Part shown: piece after piece, positions 53,047-62,314 of the stretch
Numbering within the stretch: position 1 is the first letter of the stretch
Layout of the letters: every line of letters begins with the position of its first letter
NCBI GenBank assembly: GCA_000002445.1
Contig: CP000070.1
Span: 2,048,001 to 2,112,000, forward strand
Reading direction: 5' to 3'
From: Trypanosoma brucei
Taxonomy: Eukaryota
Length of the DNA stretch: 64,000 nucleotides
Program-made: the position numbers and the translations under genes
Notes under the pieces: generated by a model
Told to the model about the DNA's origin: nothing
Database searches by the model: none
The model's input: only the letters and a program-made list of their open reading frames with translations

Positions 53047-55002
53047 CTACGTTGTTTCAATCGTCTGCGACACCAGAAAATTATATTTCGACGCCAGCGT
53101 ACTCCAACAGCGGCTGCCGATCACATCACCATCGGACCACGAGGAGCACAGCTGCTTCAACCACGACAAAAGCAACAGACCAATCATGCAGACGGCGTCT
53201 CGATCCTCTTTCCTCAAGTCCATAACATCAGCGGAAACGGCTGTGGTCGATATCCGGGCCTGCACATGCAGGTGTGCGGTATGGTCAGTACCCATCGGTA
53301 GAATTCCTTCCGTCCCCTCCACTCCGGGGGGTTTCTCTTCATTTTTGTCAGCGTCCAATGCTTTAACCACCTGCAGTGATCCATATTGCCGAACCGTGTT
53401 GAGCGCCACAAGCAACGTGGCTTCAATAAGTGTGGGCATGATTTTCTCTACAGCACGGTTAAGTGCACGCACACTATGGCTGGCGGCTGTAGGCGTTATA
53501 ACCGCTGTGTTGGGTAATGGCATTAATGGCAGCGGTCCACGTGCCGAAGTGTTTGCAAGTACGGAAGCGGGAGGCACAAGTGAAGGGTCCGCACTCGTTC
53601 CCCTACTATTATTCCCACTGCCCGCTGGCTTATTTGCGCCCCCGCCTTGATGACCACCGTGTGATGCCACCATATTGGCCACATCTTCATCTAACAGCGG
53701 GTGTGCCCCACCGTTCCTTCCAATATCATTCAGCGTAAAAAGGTATGACAAGCACATGCAGCAGCGGGCGGCAGCGAGAAAAGCAGGGTTTCTACATGAA
53801 TTTCCACCGCTACTGCAACTCCCTGTCCTCGCAGCGACCGTGGTGTTGGTATTGCCGTTCCCCCTTGCTGCGTCGGCAGATGCGTAGGCTAGCCGTACGA
53901 CTTCATCAAGGATAAAGCTCATCAAGTGCAGTGCGGCCTTTTGGTGCTCAACTGCGAATACCATGCGCTCCGCTATGCGTTCACCATTCAGCAACGACGC
54001 AGCTAACTTACCTATACGTTCCTCCAGTGTCATCCCACAACAGGTGGCAGAGGATCCAGCAGTCGATGATGACGAAGGGGGAGCCGTAGTCGTAGTAGTA
54101 GAAGTAGTCGCCACTCCTCCCAGTTCTTCCACAATGTGGTCCATTGAGAGCAGTTTCTCCCACTTCTCCACTTCCTCTTTCCCCAGCGCTACAAAGTAGG
54201 TGCCCTCGGATACGCACATCCGCGAGAGCCACAAGGCCGACGGCTGCGGACGCGCCGCGCCGACTGCAGAGGCGTTCGAACTCCGTCCACTACCGTCTGT
54301 GGGCTTACCTTTCGTTTCACGAGGCCCTCCGGTGCAGGCACCAAGGAGGCACTCTGGCCCACTCGATATCGGCGGCGGTGGGATCCATGCGTAGGCATCT
54401 TTCCCCCGCTCAATCTGAAACGGCTCCGTTCGCCATTTTAACAACGTATCGCCTTGTAACAACGAGTACAGTCGCCAGCGGTAGTACAACTGCTGTGGAT
54501 CCTTCCACGTGCCACGCAGAAAGGCAAAGTGATGGTTGTTCGCCTCCCGTCGCATAATTTCCTCCTCCGCCGTTGGACCGCCTTGCACGATGTAAAATGC
54601 AACAAGATCGATGAAGGCTGCGACATCGACGGGAAGGTCGGACGGTACCTGCAGACACGGTGCGGAGGCTGCGATGACGTATTGCGGCTCGTCACCACTT
54701 CGGCCACTGTGATATGAACGGCCGCTATCGGAGTCACGATAGCGGTGGTAACTGCCGTGATGATAATGCCGATTGTGGCTGCCCTTCGGACTAGTCGAGC
54801 GCTCCCGCTTAGCGCCGGCACTGTTGCTCCCACCCCTGCTACCACTGTAGCCGTAGCCGTAGCTGTAGCTGTGATCACTGTTTGGCATGGGCTGATGAGG
54901 GAAACTGCTATAATGTTTGTCCCACTGTAAAGGTAGCCAAATACGTGTGTGCCTGTAATTGGCTTGATAATTTCCTTGCGCCGCGGTGTTTGCAGAGCGC
55001 AA
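53047..55002 (-). CDS. SURP-module protein (SF3a1/SWAP-like putative splicing factor), 651 aa.
   Basis: The SURP/SWAP motif is IDLVAFYIVQGGPTAEEEIMRREANNHHFAFLRGTWKDPQQLYYRWRL. This matches the tA.fVa.nG..fE..l......F.FL.....y..YY pattern. Confidence 0.55.
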   Translation of the reverse strand: MRSANTAAQGNYQANYRHTRIWLPLQWDKHYSSFPHQPMPNSDHSYSYGYGYSGSRGGSNSAGAKRERSTSPKGSHNRHYHHGSYHRYRDSDSGRSYHSGRSGDEPQYVIAASAPCLQVPSDLPVDVAAFIDLVAFYIVQGGPTAEEEIMRREANNHHFAFLRGTWKDPQQLYYRWRLYSLLQGDTLLKWRTEPFQIERGKDAYAWIPPPPISSGPECLLGACTGGPRETKGKPTDGSGRSSNASAVGAARPQPSALWLSRMCVSEGTYFVALGKEEVEKWEKLLSMDHIVEELGGVATTSTTTTTAPPSSSSTAGSSATCCGMTLEERIGKLAASLLNGERIAERMVFAVEHQKAALHLMSFILDEVVRLAYASADAARGNGNTNTTVAARTGSCSSGGNSCRNPAFLAAARCCMCLSYLFTLNDIGRNGGAHPLLDEDVANMVASHGGHQGGGANKPAGSGNNSRGTSADPSLVPPASVLANTSARGPLPLMPLPNTAVITPTAASHSVRALNRAVEKIMPTLIEATLLVALNTVRQYGSLQVVKALDADKNEEKPPGVEGTEGILPMGTDHTAHLHVQARISTTAVSADVMDLRKEDRDAVCMIGLLLLSWLKQLCSSWSDGDVIGSRCWSTLASKYNFLVSQTIETT

Positions 55003-55602
55003 CGCCTCCCAGGATCTTCGAACCGCGGTGGAGTGAACAACTAGGACTGGTCTAGTTGGTTCCCTTAACTGGCTCGTTAAGTTTGCAATAGAGTTTTATG
55101 GAGCGGTTAAACTTACAACCCTATCTGCAGTGAGCACTTATCGTTTCGATAGATTCACAGGTGCAAGCATTCCCGTAGTTCGTGTTCACAACCGGAAAAG
55201 AAGGGTAAATCAACAGGAAGAAAGAAACAGCAGTGACCTAACGAAGTGACGGCATCAGTAGCGTGTTACGAAGCGAAGCTACCGTGCTGGGACAGCCACA
55301 GACACGTGGTCACATATGTGTTAACAGATATTCAAACGCAAACACGGGAACACTCAATCCGTTTCACCCATGCGATCGGAACGGCAAATGCGGATGCCAA
55401 CGGCGGCTGACGAATCAGAACGAAACCAACAGCAGCACTAAGAGCATTGACAACAAAGGCGCCCCCGCGCCTTCGGTAATGCAAAATCTGATAAGCATTG
55501 TGCCTTTTGTCATTGGATTCCACCAAGGCTCAAGAAAAAAAAAAGCACCTCCCCCCCTTCACCCGAAATGCACTGAAGTAACCACAGGAGTGGCAAGCAC
55601 CC

Positions 55603-58600
55603 CTACAATCGAAGGCGGTCAATATCCTCCTGCTTGAACTCCACGCGGCAGCGAAGAACACGGCGTTTCTCATCCGGCGTAAGCTCGTTGCCACCGTATA
55701 TGAACCCCCCGCCTTGAAACGCCTTCTGGTCCTGTTTCTGCTCCGCCTCGCGTGGGTGATCCAAAAGTAGCAGCGCTGTCATGTCCATCAATTGAATGAA
55801 AGGCTCCCGCAGCTGTTCCTCATGCGCTCGACCAGTAAAGAAGGTGCGGAATGTCCGCACCTCACGGTCCACCTGAAGTGCGCCATAGGCGCTGATGGAC
55901 TTGCGGAGAAGCAACGAACGCGCCACCGATACGACACGCTTGACAAGGGCCAGTAGCAGCAAGTCGAAGGAGCGTGGGTCAAGATAGGTATCAAAGTGTG
56001 CTAAAGCAGCATCTGCTGCGGCGATGAACGCTTGCACCCATGGGTCGCTTAGTTCATATTGATAAAACACATCCTCTGTCATTTCGTAAGAGAGTGTGGC
56101 AAATGGTTCGATATGCCGCGCGAGGTGCGCCTGATAACACCGTTCCGCATAGTCCTCTAGCTTTTGTTGTATTCCTGTGGATAACTCACGGGCAGTGCCG
56201 TCCATATCATCAGCTTGTTCCGAGAAGCGTAGCACATCCTTTCCACTGAATTGCGAGCGCGAAAGCTGCCGCAACTCGTCTGCAAAGCGACGTATATATG
56301 TGATCGTACACTGTGTTGCCGCTGTCCAGCGCAGAATGCGAGTTGGGACAGTATACAGGTAGTTGTGTCCTTGCTGCTGCTGTGCCCGCTGTTGGTGCAC
56401 TGTTTGAAGTTTTTGGAGCTGTGTGGTGTGGGGCAGTGCAGTATACCTGTTCAGAGTGGGGATTAGTTGGGACTGGACAAGTTCTCCGCAGGCAATGAAA
56501 ACCGCCGAAATAATTTGCGTGGACTTTGTGTTCACCGCCCGATGCAAGGATATACGGAGAAAGTAGAAGACATCGTCTGGAAGTGTGATCGGCGCCAACT
56601 GTTGACTACTGGTGGAACTAAGAAAGTCTTCATCGATCACGGCAATCCCTGAGTTGTTCCCAGCACCACTTACGCTACTGTTCACAAGGGCACCAACCAT
56701 ACCACTGGCATCATTGCCACCGGTGTTGGCACTGCTTCCCGATGTTGTGGAATTATATATGGCCGCAGCCAATCCGGTCATCAAAGTTGCTGCTGCCTTG
56801 TTTGAGGTTGTGGATCCGTACCCCACCTGTTGCTTCGTGCTGTTATTGCCTGCAGTTACGGCAGCCGTAGTTGAAGGCATTGGGTGTTCGTGGCTGCTGG
56901 CATTAATGGCGTCTAACTGTATCTGCAGTACTTGGTGGAACGCGGCTTCAAAGTAATGCGTCTGAAGGGGAACAAAAATGGCAAGTATCTCTTGCACAGC
57001 AGTCATGAGAGGGTTATCCCGCGAGGACCACAGGGAGTCTGCCGACTGATTCATACCATCGTTTTGTTCTCGTGCTCCTCCCTCCTTCTCTCGCACCCGC
57101 TGAGTACACTCCTGCTGCTTGGACTGAGCAAAGGTCCAGTAAAGATGGTAGCAAGATACGAGATGGGACATCTCCTCCAATATTTGATCTGTACGACGCG
57201 GATCCAGTGTTGTACCGCGACTTTGAAGGGCACGGGGTTGACGCGGTGAGGTGACAGCACTCCTGCCACTGTTATCATTACTTTCCCCACGAGGTGACGG
57301 AGAGTTATTCGTACAGTCTACCGCCTGCAGTACCTCCTGTCGCTTCTTCAGGAAGTCTTTTAGCACAGGCACACATTGACTTGTTGACCGGCTGTGTAGC
57401 TCCGTCAGAAGCAAGAGAAGTCCAGCATCCCCAAACGTTTCGAGAACAAACTCCTCCTCATTTTCGAAGGTTGCTACCACCAAGTCAAGCCCCGCAGAGA
57501 CCAACGCTAAATGGCTCATGCCCGCTTCATTTGGGTCATCGATCTTTCGCAGTTCACGCTCAACCATCTTATTAAGTGCGACAATGGTATGTTCGCACAT
57601 CCACGAGCAGTACATGCAACAACACTCGTCGCGAAACCCGAGAAGCGTAAGCAGCCGCACAGTGTCCATTATTGTCTGCTTGTCGTTGACAACCTTTGCT
57701 GAGTAGAACCTCTTCATGAGTTTTTCGCGAACCGTCTGCCGGGCATTTACGATAATGCGATCCACCTCATCGTCAACCTCCCCGCGATTAGCGGTGACGT
57801 CGTTATCATTGTGTGCGGCTCTTCCACCGTATTCATCGCAACCACTGGAGCCCTTTTTCCAAGTACCCTTCCTCCTCATTTTTGCAGCTGCCTTTACCCG
57901 CGGTTCAGCCGCTGTTTCGTGGCCTCCAGCAGTCGATGAGGTGGAGGCGAGGACACCGCCCTCATCACCTATTCCCTGCGTTTGAAGCGTTTCCCCAACG
58001 GTTACTGCCGACACTGTCTCTTTTCTTTCTTCCATTTGTTCATCGGATGATAATTTCACCGCCGGCTGCACTTCTTCCTCTTCCTCCTCCTCCTCCTCCA
58101 CGCCGCTCACCACTTCCTCACCGTGTTCATCCTCTCCCTCCTCTTCACGTAGCAGAATGCGAGCTGACACACTGCGGCCACCCAATTTTCCGCTTGCCTC
58201 TTCGTACTTACGTATCAACTGCACAGCACTCTCCAATTCATCGCGATCGATCATGGTTTGCACCGCTATAACCGACCGTCTCATCTCCTGCAGGGAGTCC
58301 GCAACCATTCGCGCGGCCCGCACGCGGCTAAGAAGGAAGTCTAACTGCTTTACCCGTCTGGAACTTGACTCCGCCAAAGAGGCACTTATAGCGATGTGTC
58401 GTGCGAGCCCAGCCCCGCGATCGGCAAACTGCGGAAGCAGACCATACGAGACAGCTTTGATTTCCTCGATACTGGATGAGAGGCTTCCGCCATCGGCTAT
58501 AACACTGCGTGCGATATCCTGTGCAATGTGCTGGCGCTGCTCTGTGAGTTTTGCTACGCGCCGGAGCAAAAACTCCACGCGGTCATCAAGCGAATTCCAC

Positions 58601-58674
58601 ACCTGCTGGCTTTGCTGTTGTGGATGGGATTGGGATTGATATTGCTCCATCTGAAAAGACAGAACGACAACCAA
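55603..58674 (-). CDS. Conserved oligomeric Golgi complex subunit 4 (COG4)-like protein, 1023 aa, with an acidic E-rich insertion.
   Basis: The N-terminal segment RVKQLDFLLSRVRAARMVADSLQEMRRSVIAVQTMIDRDELESAVQLIRKYEEA resembles the conserved COG4 N-terminal region (Q.RV..tL.R......c...v..A...eDyE.AA..i..y). Assignment is by recollection only. Confidence 0.4.
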   Translation of the reverse strand: MVVVLSFQMEQYQSQSHPQQQSQQVWNSLDDRVEFLLRRVAKLTEQRQHIAQDIARSVIADGGSLSSSIEEIKAVSYGLLPQFADRGAGLARHIAISASLAESSSRRVKQLDFLLSRVRAARMVADSLQEMRRSVIAVQTMIDRDELESAVQLIRKYEEASGKLGGRSVSARILLREEEGEDEHGEEVVSGVEEEEEEEEEVQPAVKLSSDEQMEERKETVSAVTVGETLQTQGIGDEGGVLASTSSTAGGHETAAEPRVKAAAKMRRKGTWKKGSSGCDEYGGRAAHNDNDVTANRGEVDDEVDRIIVNARQTVREKLMKRFYSAKVVNDKQTIMDTVRLLTLLGFRDECCCMYCSWMCEHTIVALNKMVERELRKIDDPNEAGMSHLALVSAGLDLVVATFENEEEFVLETFGDAGLLLLLTELHSRSTSQCVPVLKDFLKKRQEVLQAVDCTNNSPSPRGESNDNSGRSAVTSPRQPRALQSRGTTLDPRRTDQILEEMSHLVSCYHLYWTFAQSKQQECTQRVREKEGGAREQNDGMNQSADSLWSSRDNPLMTAVQEILAIFVPLQTHYFEAAFHQVLQIQLDAINASSHEHPMPSTTAAVTAGNNSTKQQVGYGSTTSNKAAATLMTGLAAAIYNSTTSGSSANTGGNDASGMVGALVNSSVSGAGNNSGIAVIDEDFLSSTSSQQLAPITLPDDVFYFLRISLHRAVNTKSTQIISAVFIACGELVQSQLIPTLNRYTALPHTTQLQKLQTVHQQRAQQQQGHNYLYTVPTRILRWTAATQCTITYIRRFADELRQLSRSQFSGKDVLRFSEQADDMDGTARELSTGIQQKLEDYAERCYQAHLARHIEPFATLSYEMTEDVFYQYELSDPWVQAFIAAADAALAHFDTYLDPRSFDLLLLALVKRVVSVARSLLLRKSISAYGALQVDREVRTFRTFFTGRAHEEQLREPFIQLMDMTALLLLDHPREAEQKQDQKAFQGGGFIYGGNELTPDEKRRVLRCRVEFKQEDIDRLRL

Positions 58675-59200
58675 CCTTCTTTAACTGTACCCCCTCCCCC
58701 GTTTTAATCGGTGCTCCTCTGAGTTTCTTCTTATGCTCGTAGGGTAGTACACGTAGCCGGACGTCCCCCGGTTTTCCCCCTTCCTACTAAGTTAGTGACG
58801 CAAAGCGATTGAAGGCATGAAGGGTGGAGTGAGAAAAACCATAGGAGCAAATAAAAGAAAATGCAATGATGGAAATATATGCAACGAGGGGGCGAGCAAA
58901 AAAAGTCAACTGTGTGCGCCACGCTCATAGTGCAAAAACCACATGACACCCCTATATACGCATCCTTCTTCTCCATTACTTTTCTTCCTTTTGATAAGAA
59001 TGGTCAGAGGGAGGCGGTACGCATCAGGTTTCGGAAGCGCGGAGCGTAAGTACACCCACCATCAAAGTACTAAAATATGGTACCTTCTGCGGCATATTGC
59101 CCGAAAAGAGTTCCGCACCCGCACCCGCACAGACGGGCGCACCCCGCTTTCCCTCTCCTTTTAGACAAAGACCAGCTGGAAGAGGGAAAACGGTAATACG

Positions 59201-62200
59201 TTAAGTTGTGATGGTGCCATGCGGGGAGCGCTGAGCACACGCCTGCATGAGGGCTGCGAGCACGGAAGGAATCTGAATCTGACGGCACTTTTGCTGTTGG
59301 ATGATGTCGGAGCCGATCGCGGGTGTTGTGCAGTTTGCCTCAGCACAGCTTACGAGAAAAGCCCAGAGCGGCTGTAACACCGCCTCATCAGATTGAAACA
59401 GACTCCGCGCGTGGTTCGTAGCTTGCTTTCCCTCCGTGCGCTGCCGTGTCAGCGATTCCTCACCTTTTGCCCTCCCATTGCGTCCATACGGTCGGCCCTG
59501 GTCACCCCCGCCATCAACATTGCCATCTTCATCACTGTCGTTATATTCTCCATCGTCTTGTTGCAATTCCGGGAACAGATCTTCGGTGTCCGCGTCCGCT
59601 CTCGATCCTGTCAGCTCACACCGGTCCCGTTTCTGCGCCCGGGATTTTTCAGAGGACCATGTGTCAGTCACTGGTGACGCATTTCCCAGCACAAAATCGT
59701 TACCACCACCGCTGCGTTGCTTATTCGTCCCGTCCCCACCGATACTGAAGCCACTTTTATCGCCTTTACGGGAAAGGTGTTGCTGTGCCCTCTGAACAAG
59801 TGCTGACGGAAGCGCTACAAGGGACACCGCCACGCCACTTGCACCTGCGCGACCTGTACGCCCCACACGATGGATATACCTCTGTACCGCCCCCTCTTCA
59901 CCGTCACTTCGACTGGCATTATCACTGCTCAAAGCTTGAACTACGGAGGGCATATCGTAATTTATCACCAACATGACGTTTGGCACGTCCAGACCGCGGG
60001 CTAACAAGTCGGTTGTGATCAATACCCGCCGCCCCCCGCTTCGAAAAGCGTCGACGAGACGCTGCCGCTGCACCTGCGACTGCTCTGAGTGGACGATTGC
60101 CACGGAGCGCAGATTGTCAAAAGGCGATGAGGACTGGCCATGCCGAGGCAACCGCTGAGTCTTGTGTGCCTGAAGTGCTTTCGGTGTCTCACCAACGAGG
60201 GTTTCCAGTGGGAAGGTGTCCGCCAAATTCATGAGCCGTGAAGCCTCAGCACTCAACTCGTTACCTAGGGCATCGCACGTCCGTTTCTCATTGGCAAACA
60301 CCACAATGGGTGGCGTGGCGTACACCAAGTAATTAACAAGACGGGAAAACTTTACAGGGTGTACCAATGGGTTCCTACGCCTCTCACTTACCTGTGGTCC
60401 CCCTTTCCCATTTTTCTTACCTTCCGTTGCCGGAGCTTTTCTTCCATCATCTCCTTTCACTTCCTTATTTCCCTCTTTGTCATGGAACTCCACCGTCGAC
60501 GACGTATCCGGGTCACTCGGCACCACTTCAAACGCTTGCACGATGGTGGAGCAGCTGTGCGGCACACGCACCACGACGTATCCATCGAGTGAAAAATACT
60601 TATTTGCAATCCCCTCGCACACACTACCAAGTGTTGCGGTGAACATGAGAGTTTGCCGCGGCCGCGGACAACGCTCTAACACAGCAATAAGACTCTGTTG
60701 TTGCTGCTGTTCAATGAGCATGCGATCCGCCTCATCCATCACAACGATGCCTACACTTCCAAGTGCCAATAGACGCTGCAGTAGCAATGCCTCGAGCTGT
60801 CCCACAGTTCCGATCACAACATGAGCCCCGGCTAGTAGTTCCTCGTACTGTGCATCTGCCCGCTCGCCCCCAACAATCTTCACAACACGTATTTCATCCA
60901 GTGCATTATATGGTGGGTCGTTGCTCCGCTTCCCTTCAGTGGAAGGCACGACAACGGGGCGCTCGTGCTGCAGCAGCGACTTCATTTCGTTGTCTGGAAT
61001 TCCGCTCACCAACTGTTGTGCCTCTCGCGTTATTTGATCAGCCAACTCACGCGTGGGAACCACCACGAGCGCCAGCGGACCCTGGGATGCAAATCGATCC
61101 TCGTCACATTTCCTAAAAGCGCTGCTGTTACCACCGTCGTCACCTGTCTTCCCGCTGCGGTCACCTTTGAGCCGCGACGGGGGAGACACAATTGTCGCGA
61201 GCAATGGAATGAGGTAAGCAGCTGTTTTCCCGCTTCCCGTCTCAGCTACAGCAAGTACATCGATCCGTCCGCTTCCCAATGGTGGGGATGCGTCAACATC
61301 GACACCAGAAGGTGCCAGGGCTACCGGGACGCACTGCGACTGAATGGGTGTTGGCAGAAGGAATCGCCGAGCCACCACCGTACCAAGTGCCAAAGGCAGA
61401 CGGGCTTCCTCCCAGCAGCGTATGGGTTGTAATGCTTCACCGCTGAAAGCGGTGGCTAAAGAATTTCTAGCACCAGCACCACCGCTGTTGTTGATATTGC
61501 CAGTGACGGAGGAACCGTGGCGGCGGCGAGCCACAACTTCTATGCGAATGCCTATCTGTTGACGGAAGACGTCCCACCCAGTAGATGTCATCGCCTTTAG
61601 TGGTCGTTTGCTCCAATGCAAACCGACTTGTACTTCTTGACGGAACATGTTTTCTTCGGTACTCCCTTTACTAACGGTGTTGCTGCCGCTGCTGCTGCTG
61701 CAGTGGCGTTCCTCGCCATAACCTCCGTGAATGGCTGTCGGCACCGAGGAAGTAATTGTTTTACCACTCATTCCAGTGCCTGACTGCAGCTGGGATTGCT
61801 GCTGTCGACGAAGTTTGCGAAGAAGAAGAGGGTCACGCGGAATTACACCCCTACGCGCCGCTGCTGCCGGTACGCCTGCGGTTTCCAGCAGTGTTGTCGA
61901 TACCTTTACGGCAGGTGTCGCATTTGTCCCCGCCACGGCAGATGTTTTTCCCTCGTTATTCCTTCCTTCGCGGCCAATATTGTGAGGATGCGGCCCGTCA
62001 CCATCGTTGCTCTTACGGGCAGCCTCTTCTCGTGCGTAGTTAACCACTGCCCTGTAAATGGCTGAGTTCTCAATGACTGAAGGAGGCATTAATGAATTTT
62101 GTGAGTGTTTTCCCTCCCCGCATCCGAGTGCGACAGGAAGAAGTTGCTTCTCCACCAGGTGAAGGAATGCTATATTTACATCACCTGTTGGACCGTCGTA

Positions 62201-62314
62201 CGACCTGACTGCAGGACTGGCGCCGCCAGTATTATTGTTGCATGCGTTCATGCCGCTTGTTTTATTTTTTCTTGTGCTTGGGCTTGTGCGGAGGGTTGAT
62301 AACGGGATTAACAA
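59201..62314 (-). CDS. DEAD-box ATP-dependent RNA helicase with long N- and C-terminal extensions, 1037 aa.
   Basis: Motifs in order: Q/I region LPTPIQSQCVP, AETGSGKTAAYLIPLL (I), VVVPTRELADQI (Ia), VVMDEADRML (II, DEAD), MFTATL (III), TDLLARGLDVPNV (V) and YIHRVGRTGRAG (VI). Confidence 0.85.
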   Translation of the reverse strand: MLIPLSTLRTSPSTRKNKTSGMNACNNNTGGASPAVRSYDGPTGDVNIAFLHLVEKQLLPVALGCGEGKHSQNSLMPPSVIENSAIYRAVVNYAREEAARKSNDGDGPHPHNIGREGRNNEGKTSAVAGTNATPAVKVSTTLLETAGVPAAAARRGVIPRDPLLLRKLRRQQQSQLQSGTGMSGKTITSSVPTAIHGGYGEERHCSSSSGSNTVSKGSTEENMFRQEVQVGLHWSKRPLKAMTSTGWDVFRQQIGIRIEVVARRRHGSSVTGNINNSGGAGARNSLATAFSGEALQPIRCWEEARLPLALGTVVARRFLLPTPIQSQCVPVALAPSGVDVDASPPLGSGRIDVLAVAETGSGKTAAYLIPLLATIVSPPSRLKGDRSGKTGDDGGNSSAFRKCDEDRFASQGPLALVVVPTRELADQITREAQQLVSGIPDNEMKSLLQHERPVVVPSTEGKRSNDPPYNALDEIRVVKIVGGERADAQYEELLAGAHVVIGTVGQLEALLLQRLLALGSVGIVVMDEADRMLIEQQQQQSLIAVLERCPRPRQTLMFTATLGSVCEGIANKYFSLDGYVVVRVPHSCSTIVQAFEVVPSDPDTSSTVEFHDKEGNKEVKGDDGRKAPATEGKKNGKGGPQVSERRRNPLVHPVKFSRLVNYLVYATPPIVVFANEKRTCDALGNELSAEASRLMNLADTFPLETLVGETPKALQAHKTQRLPRHGQSSSPFDNLRSVAIVHSEQSQVQRQRLVDAFRSGGRRVLITTDLLARGLDVPNVMLVINYDMPSVVQALSSDNASRSDGEEGAVQRYIHRVGRTGRAGASGVAVSLVALPSALVQRAQQHLSRKGDKSGFSIGGDGTNKQRSGGGNDFVLGNASPVTDTWSSEKSRAQKRDRCELTGSRADADTEDLFPELQQDDGEYNDSDEDGNVDGGGDQGRPYGRNGRAKGEESLTRQRTEGKQATNHARSLFQSDEAVLQPLWAFLVSCAEANCTTPAIGSDIIQQQKCRQIQIPSVLAALMQACAQRSPHGTITT

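Noticed and set aside
55040-55100. tRNA-like D-arm string (ggactggtctagttggtt) and a 6-bp-stem hairpin (cttaac-tggctc-gttaag) just upstream of the SURP gene
   Set aside because: There is no T-arm or B box, no acceptor-stem pairing and no cloverleaf can be drawn. It is probably a chance resemblance within the 5' flank.
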